Origin: Escherichia coli
GTDB taxonomy: Bacteria; Pseudomonadota; Gammaproteobacteria; Enterobacterales; Enterobacteriaceae
Reading direction: 5' to 3' (one strand)
Length of the DNA: 64,000 nt
Assembly: GCF_050320075.1 (NCBI RefSeq)
Contig: NZ_CP190018.1
In this document: in pieces, positions 59,530-64,000 of the stretch
How positions within the stretch are numbered: the first letter of the stretch is position 1
Layout: each line of letters begins with the position of its first letter
The notes under the pieces: generated by a model
What the model was told of the DNA's origin: nothing
Databases searched by the model: none
The model's input: the letters and a program-made list of their open reading frames with translations, nothing else
Made by a program: the position numbers and the translations under genes

Positions 59530-60516
59530 TTAACCGAAGCGAACATCTCGTCCATGCGGTTCATCGAGATCCTGCCACGGACCAATTGAAATAATCCCCG
59601 TAGGGTTGATGGTCTTATGACTGCGGAAGTAATGATTACGGATGTGATCGAAATTGACGGTTTCGGCAATCCCCGGCATCTGGTAGATATCTCGCAGGAA
59701 ACCATACAGGTTCAGGTAATCGCTGATGCGGTGCTTATCACACTTGAAGTGGGTGACATACACCGGATCAAAACGCACCAGCGTGGTCCACAGGCGAATA
59801 TCGGCTTCGGTTAGCTGGTTGCCGGTCAGGTAACGATGCTGGCCTAAAATCTGCTCCAGTCGCGCCAGCGATTCAAACACTTTCACTACCGCCTCGTCGT
59901 AGGCTTGCTGGCTGGTGGCAAAACCGGCTTTATACACGCCATTGTTAACGGTGTCATAAATCCAGCCGTTAAGTTCGTCAATTTTCGTTTGCAGGGCTGA
60001 TGGGTAGTAATCACCCGCTTTCGCGCCCAGCGCATCAAACGCGGTATTGAACATGCGGATGATTTCTGCTGATTCGTTGCTGACGATGGTGTGGTTCTTT
60101 TTGTCCCACAGCACGGGAACAGTAACTCGTCCGCTGTAGTGTGGATCGGCGTGGAGATAAAGCTGATACAGAAATTCATGTTGATAGAGCGTATCTCCGG
60201 TTGCACCCGGAAAACTGTCATCAAATGTCCAGCCGTTTTCCAGCATCAGCGGGTTCACTACGGAAACGGAAATAAACGGTTCCAGTCCTTTGAGTTTACG
60301 CATGATCAGCGTGCGGTGCGCCCACGGGCAGGCGAGTGAAACATAGAGATGATAACGATCTTTCTCTGCGATAAAACCGCCTGTGCCAGTGGGGCCTGGC
60401 GCGCCATCGGCAGTGAGCCAGTTACGAAATGCGGAAGCTGAACGTTGAAATTTACCGCCGGTAGATTTGGTATCGTACCAGGTGTCATGCCAGACGCCGT
60501 CAATCAGTTGACCCAT
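59530..60516 (-). CDS. yqjG: Glutathionyl-hydroquinone reductase (Xi-class GST-like)
   Basis: Start MGQLIDGVWHDTWYDT (328 aa). Confidence 0.88.
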   Translation of the reverse strand: MGQLIDGVWHDTWYDTKSTGGKFQRSASAFRNWLTADGAPGPTGTGGFIAEKDRYHLYVSLACPWAHRTLIMRKLKGLEPFISVSVVNPLMLENGWTFDDSFPGATGDTLYQHEFLYQLYLHADPHYSGRVTVPVLWDKKNHTIVSNESAEIIRMFNTAFDALGAKAGDYYPSALQTKIDELNGWIYDTVNNGVYKAGFATSQQAYDEAVVKVFESLARLEQILGQHRYLTGNQLTEADIRLWTTLVRFDPVYVTHFKCDKHRISDYLNLYGFLRDIYQMPGIAETVNFDHIRNHYFRSHKTINPTGIISIGPWQDLDEPHGRDVRFG

Positions 60517-60545
60517 ATTTCTCTCCTCCAATAGCAAAAACGAGG

Positions 60546-60574
60546 AGCTTCCTCCTCGTTTTTTATCGTTAAGT
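60546..60574 (-). terminator. Hairpin plus T-run (bidirectional-looking terminator) between yqjF and yqjG
   Basis: aaaaacgaggagcttcctcctcgttttt: perfect stem with A-run and T-run on either side. Confidence 0.65.
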
Positions 60575-60585
60575 ATAGCTCGTGC

Positions 60586-60978
60586 TTACCACTTTTTATT
60601 CAGCAGGCGGTCGATGCTATACGCGCCCGGACCGGTAATTGCCAGCAGCAGGAATCCGCCAGAAATTGTCAGGTTTTTCATGAACATCAGCGAGTTGACG
60701 CCTTCAGCAAAGTTGCTGTGAAATAAAAATGCCGTCAGCAGCGTAAAGCCCGCAGTAAACAGGGCTGTGGTGCGAGTCAGGAAACCGAACAGGATTGCTA
60801 GACCACCACCAAACTCAAGCAGAATCACCAGCGGCAGCATAAAGCCTGGGACACCCATCGCTTCCATATATTGTTGGGTACCCGCGTAGCCAGTAATTTT
60901 TCCCCAGCCTGCGGTAATAAACAGAATCGGCATTAAAATGCGCGCTACCAGTACACCAACATCTTCTAATTTTTTCAT
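60586..60978 (-). CDS. yqjF: DoxX-family inner-membrane protein
   Basis: Start placed at MKKLEDVGVLVARILMPILF (130 aa). Confidence 0.82.
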   Translation of the reverse strand: MKKLEDVGVLVARILMPILFITAGWGKITGYAGTQQYMEAMGVPGFMLPLVILLEFGGGLAILFGFLTRTTALFTAGFTLLTAFLFHSNFAEGVNSLMFMKNLTISGGFLLLAITGPGAYSIDRLLNKKW

Positions 60979-61163
60979 CATACTCTCCACTGCGCCACTC
61001 AGGCTGCTGATTGTTTTTTTGTGCAAGGGCGCGGTATTAGCGTCGTTGCTGTCGATGGAGAGAATCATAAACGTGGTGAATGATGAATGTTAGCAAGGAA
61101 AACTGTCAAAAATCTTCAAAAAATTTGAGGGATAAGGCCGGAATGGCTCCGGCCAGAGGGAAG

Positions 61164-61463
61164 TTAACCGCGAAGTTGTTGCTGCTTGAGGGTCGTTTTC
61201 ACCAGACGCCAGGCGCTCCATACGCCAAAACCGCGTCTGGCCCAGCGGACCAGCATATTAGGATGGCGAATCGTCCAGATCGCCATCACGCTACTGCCTA
61301 CCAGCGCCCAGGAGCGCAGACTTAGCAGCATATTCCAGCGACGATCGTAAGCGCCTGTTGCCTCCAGCCATTCACGACGACTGGCGGAAAGATCCAGCCG
61401 TTGTTGCTGGATCTGGCTCAGCAGTTGCGCCTTACGTCGTTCACGTTCGACTTTACTGCTCAC
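61164..61463 (-). CDS. yqjK: Uncharacterized small protein YqjK (probable GTG start)
   Basis: 99 codons from VSSKVERERRKAQLLSQ; overlaps yqjE 3' end. Confidence 0.7.
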   Translation of the reverse strand: MSSKVERERRKAQLLSQIQQQRLDLSASRREWLEATGAYDRRWNMLLSLRSWALVGSSVMAIWTIRHPNMLVRWARRGFGVWSAWRLVKTTLKQQQLRG

Positions 61464-61857
61464 GGGACTCCTCCTCGAGCAGCTGCCGATCGTTTGCCAG
61501 CTCATGGCGTGTATGGCGCAGCAGGGTGGATTTACGCGATTTACGTAACGTCCAGATACCGCCAATCAGTGCCAGTAGCAGCAACACCACGGTGGTGGCA
61601 ATCATCGCATTCAGGCGATATTGCGGATCAACCGCCCAAATAATCAGCACCATCAGGCTCATAAGACCAAATGCAGCGAAAAGCATCGTCAGGCCCAGCA
61701 TCAGTAAAAGTTGAAAGAGATTCGCTTTTTCCTCTTCCAGCTCCACCACCGCCAGCCGCAGACGTGTTTCCACCATTTCAACCATGATGGAAACAATTCG
61801 CTGCCCGATGCCCAGAACGCTTTTACCGGGCCCTTGCGCGTGATGAGTGTCCGCCAT
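61453..61857 (-). CDS. yqjE: Inner-membrane protein (DUF1469)
   Basis: Start placed at MADTHHAQGPGKSVLGIGQ (134 aa). Confidence 0.82.
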   Translation of the reverse strand: MADTHHAQGPGKSVLGIGQRIVSIMVEMVETRLRLAVVELEEEKANLFQLLLMLGLTMLFAAFGLMSLMVLIIWAVDPQYRLNAMIATTVVLLLLALIGGIWTLRKSRKSTLLRHTRHELANDRQLLEEESREQ

Positions 61858-61859
61858 AA

Positions 61860-62165
61860 TTAACGACGCGACAGCAGAACGCCGAGCACTACACCGATTG
61901 CAGCGCCAATGCCCACGCCCGTCCACGGGTTTTCACGCACATACTCATCGGCACGCGCCGCCGCGACACGGGTTTGTTTGGCGATGGCATCACCGGTTTC
62001 ACCCAGGCGATAACGGCTCTGTTTCAGTGCCTGCTCCGCTTTGCTACGAATCTTACTCAACTCTTCTTTCGACTTCTCGCCAGATGAGCTAAGTACCTCT
62101 TCCAGCGTATCGGAAAGGGATTTCAACTCAGCACGCAGATGTTCCGTAGTGTGTTCTTTCGACAT
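61860..62165 (-). CDS. yqjD: Ribosome-associated membrane-anchored protein (ElaB/YgaM/YqjD family)
   Basis: 101-aa ORF with C-terminal TM anchor GVGIGAAIGVVLGVLLSRR. Confidence 0.85.
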   Translation of the reverse strand: MSKEHTTEHLRAELKSLSDTLEEVLSSSGEKSKEELSKIRSKAEQALKQSRYRLGETGDAIAKQTRVAAARADEYVRENPWTGVGIGAAIGVVLGVLLSRR

Positions 62166-62202
62166 AGTTTTCTCCAGGTGAGTAAGTAGTGACTATTGTG
62201 AG

Positions 62203-62571
62203 TTAGTAGTCGCGCGCTTCCAGCTTTTTCAGCTCTTCCTGCGCTTCTGCCAGTTTCCGTTCGCGTTTGGCAATCTTATCGGCATCGCCTTTTTGCTTCG
62301 CCTCGGTTAAATCTTGCTGGCGTTCCGCCACCTCATCTTTCTGCTTTGCGATTTTCTTCTGATGATCGGCACGCAGCTGGCTATCTGAACAGTTGGCCCG
62401 GACTTCACTCAGGGCTTTATTCAGACCGTCAATACGATTCTGGTTTTGGTGTTTTTCGGCATAGCTGATCTCCTTAAGGATATTTTGCTCCTTTTCCTGA
62501 CACAGGGTAGTGGCATAACTACCGGCACTAAGAGCAAAGAGAGAAACAGCTAAAGCGATGCGGTATTTCAT
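62203..62571 (-). CDS. yqjC: Periplasmic protein (DUF1090), signal peptide
   Basis: Start placed at MKYRIALAVSLFALSAGSYA (122 aa). Confidence 0.82.
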   Translation of the reverse strand: MKYRIALAVSLFALSAGSYATTLCQEKEQNILKEISYAEKHQNQNRIDGLNKALSEVRANCSDSQLRADHQKKIAKQKDEVAERQQDLTEAKQKGDADKIAKRERKLAEAQEELKKLEARDY

Positions 62572-62717
62572 TCTTGAACCTTCCATTGTGATTCGGACCT
62601 ATTACAAAGGAACGATTGTCCAGACAACGAAGCGGTAGTGTTAACCACCGCCTCATTAATCATAGACAGTTACGGTGAAATCACCAAAGTCAGTGATATG
62701 TTTCGGATAACAGGAAG

Positions 62718-63101
62718 TTATCCGAAGCGATGAGAGTTATCCCGCAACCGGGTCAGCCACTGCATAGCCTGACTATTATTGTCCTGCTGCGCGATGATGT
62801 AGCCATGGGGCAATGTTCTGTCGAGGACCGCTTTTGCGGCGGCACTCTGGTCGCTGGAGTCAAAGGTAATTAACAGAGTGTCATTTTTGGGGGTGATACT
62901 TTTGAAAGGAATGCCGTGAGCGTCAAGGTGATGCCAGATTGAAAAACCGTCTGGCATCGTTGTCCCTTGATGAACGGCACGAATCGCCAGCGTAGACTCT
63001 TGCTGGCGAACCGCGGACCAGGCCAGCAACAGTGTGCCGACCAGAAGTAAAACAGCGCCGGACCAGGCTAGCTGGCGAAGCGACATGCGAGGTATTTGCA
63101 T
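62718..63101 (-). CDS. mzrA: Modulator of EnvZ/OmpR
   Basis: 127-aa ORF with N-terminal TM segment. Confidence 0.85.
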   Translation of the reverse strand: MQIPRMSLRQLAWSGAVLLLVGTLLLAWSAVRQQESTLAIRAVHQGTTMPDGFSIWHHLDAHGIPFKSITPKNDTLLITFDSSDQSAAAKAVLDRTLPHGYIIAQQDNNSQAMQWLTRLRDNSHRFG

Positions 63102-63104
63102 CCC

Positions 63105-63767
63105 TTACCCCCGATTTCCATATTTCTTTTTCCATAACACGACCAGAGAACCTGCCAGGCCAAACACCAGCAGCACCACCGGGAGCAGCATCAGGCATGA
63201 CATCAGCTGGTCCTCGTACTTTAAAAATACCGGCGTTTTGCCGAGCATGTAACCCAGAGTTGTCAGGATCAATACCCACAGCAGACCGCTCATCCAGTTG
63301 AAGAACTGAAAGCGCGCGTTATTCAGCCCTGATAATCCGGCAATCGTCGGCAGCAGTGTTCTGACAAATGCAATAAAGCGACCAATTAACAGCGCCGATA
63401 AACCGTGTTTATGAAAAAGATGGTGTGCGCGTTGATGATAATGCGCGGGTAAATGAGATAGCCAGTTTTGTACAGTGCGGGTATTGCCCAACCATCGCCC
63501 CTGAATATAGCTGACCCAGCAACCGAGGCTGGCGGCAACGGTCAGCAGCAGAATCGTTTGCGGATAGCCCATCGCGCCTTTCGCAATCAATACGCCGACC
63601 AACACCAGTAAACTGTCGCCCGGTAAAAAGGCCGCCGGAAGCAAGCCGTTTTCAAGGAACAAAATTACAAACAAGACAAAATACAACATGCCAATCATCG
63701 ACGGATTGGCCAGGGTTTCAAAATCCTGCGCCCACAGGGCTTGCAGCAATTGGGTCAAAAGTTCCAT
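63105..63767 (-). CDS. yqjA: DedA-family inner-membrane protein
   Basis: 220-aa membrane ORF. Confidence 0.88.
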   Translation of the reverse strand: MELLTQLLQALWAQDFETLANPSMIGMLYFVLFVILFLENGLLPAAFLPGDSLLVLVGVLIAKGAMGYPQTILLLTVAASLGCWVSYIQGRWLGNTRTVQNWLSHLPAHYHQRAHHLFHKHGLSALLIGRFIAFVRTLLPTIAGLSGLNNARFQFFNWMSGLLWVLILTTLGYMLGKTPVFLKYEDQLMSCLMLLPVVLLVFGLAGSLVVLWKKKYGNRG

Positions 63768-64000
63768 TCATTATTCCTGGTGAATCGGTTAACGCCACGC
63801 TGGTTTTAAAAGATGCACTACCGCAATGTTATTGCTGTTTTGGTATGTTTTGCGGGTTTGATACATCAACACAGCCTGAACTATTCCCTGTTAAATCGTG
63901 AGATAAGAAAGCATTCAAAAGCATAAATTCAAATTGAATCTAATTGTAACAAAGGTCAACGTTGTTCGTTATCAAAATTACATGTCCGTAGAGTCTGATT

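Noticed and set aside
63768-64000. Possible gene or element at the right edge after yqjA
   Set aside because: Only a non-coding, AT-rich upstream region is visible; any neighbouring gene lies beyond the window.

Overview
This window reads as a contiguous piece of Escherichia coli core chromosome, syntenic with the K-12 infB-to-yqjA region but in the opposite orientation. I do not see a convincing novel or undescribed system; almost every ORF matches a known gene by its protein sequence, and all names are assigned from memory without any database search. Gene order is infB (3' end), rbfA, truB, rpsO, pnp, nlpI, yrbN, deaD, mtr, yhbW, ubiV, ubiU, ubiT, yhbS, yhbQ, yhbP, yhbO, yraR, yraQ, dolP, diaA, yraN, lpoA, rsmI, the aga/kba cluster, agaR, an IS1, prlF-yhaV, garD and garPLRK, rnpB, yhaC, yhaB, tdcR, tdcABCDEFG, cyuP, cyuA, yhaL, yhaK, yhaJ, yhaI, yhaH, yqjG, yqjF, yqjK, yqjE, yqjD, yqjC, mzrA, yqjA. 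Two things differ from the K-12 layout as I remember it. First, the N-acetylgalactosamine/galactosamine cluster is complete, with 13 genes including full-length agaW, agaE, agaF and agaA. Second, a complete 768-bp IS1 with an 8-bp target-site duplication sits inside the 3' part of the yhaV toxin gene, leaving the prlF antitoxin intact. The stretch most worth a second look for unknown biology is the AT-rich islet between rnpB and tdcA, which encodes YhaC (with visible pentapeptide repeats) and YhaB, both of unknown function. No tRNA, rRNA, CRISPR array or prophage was seen.
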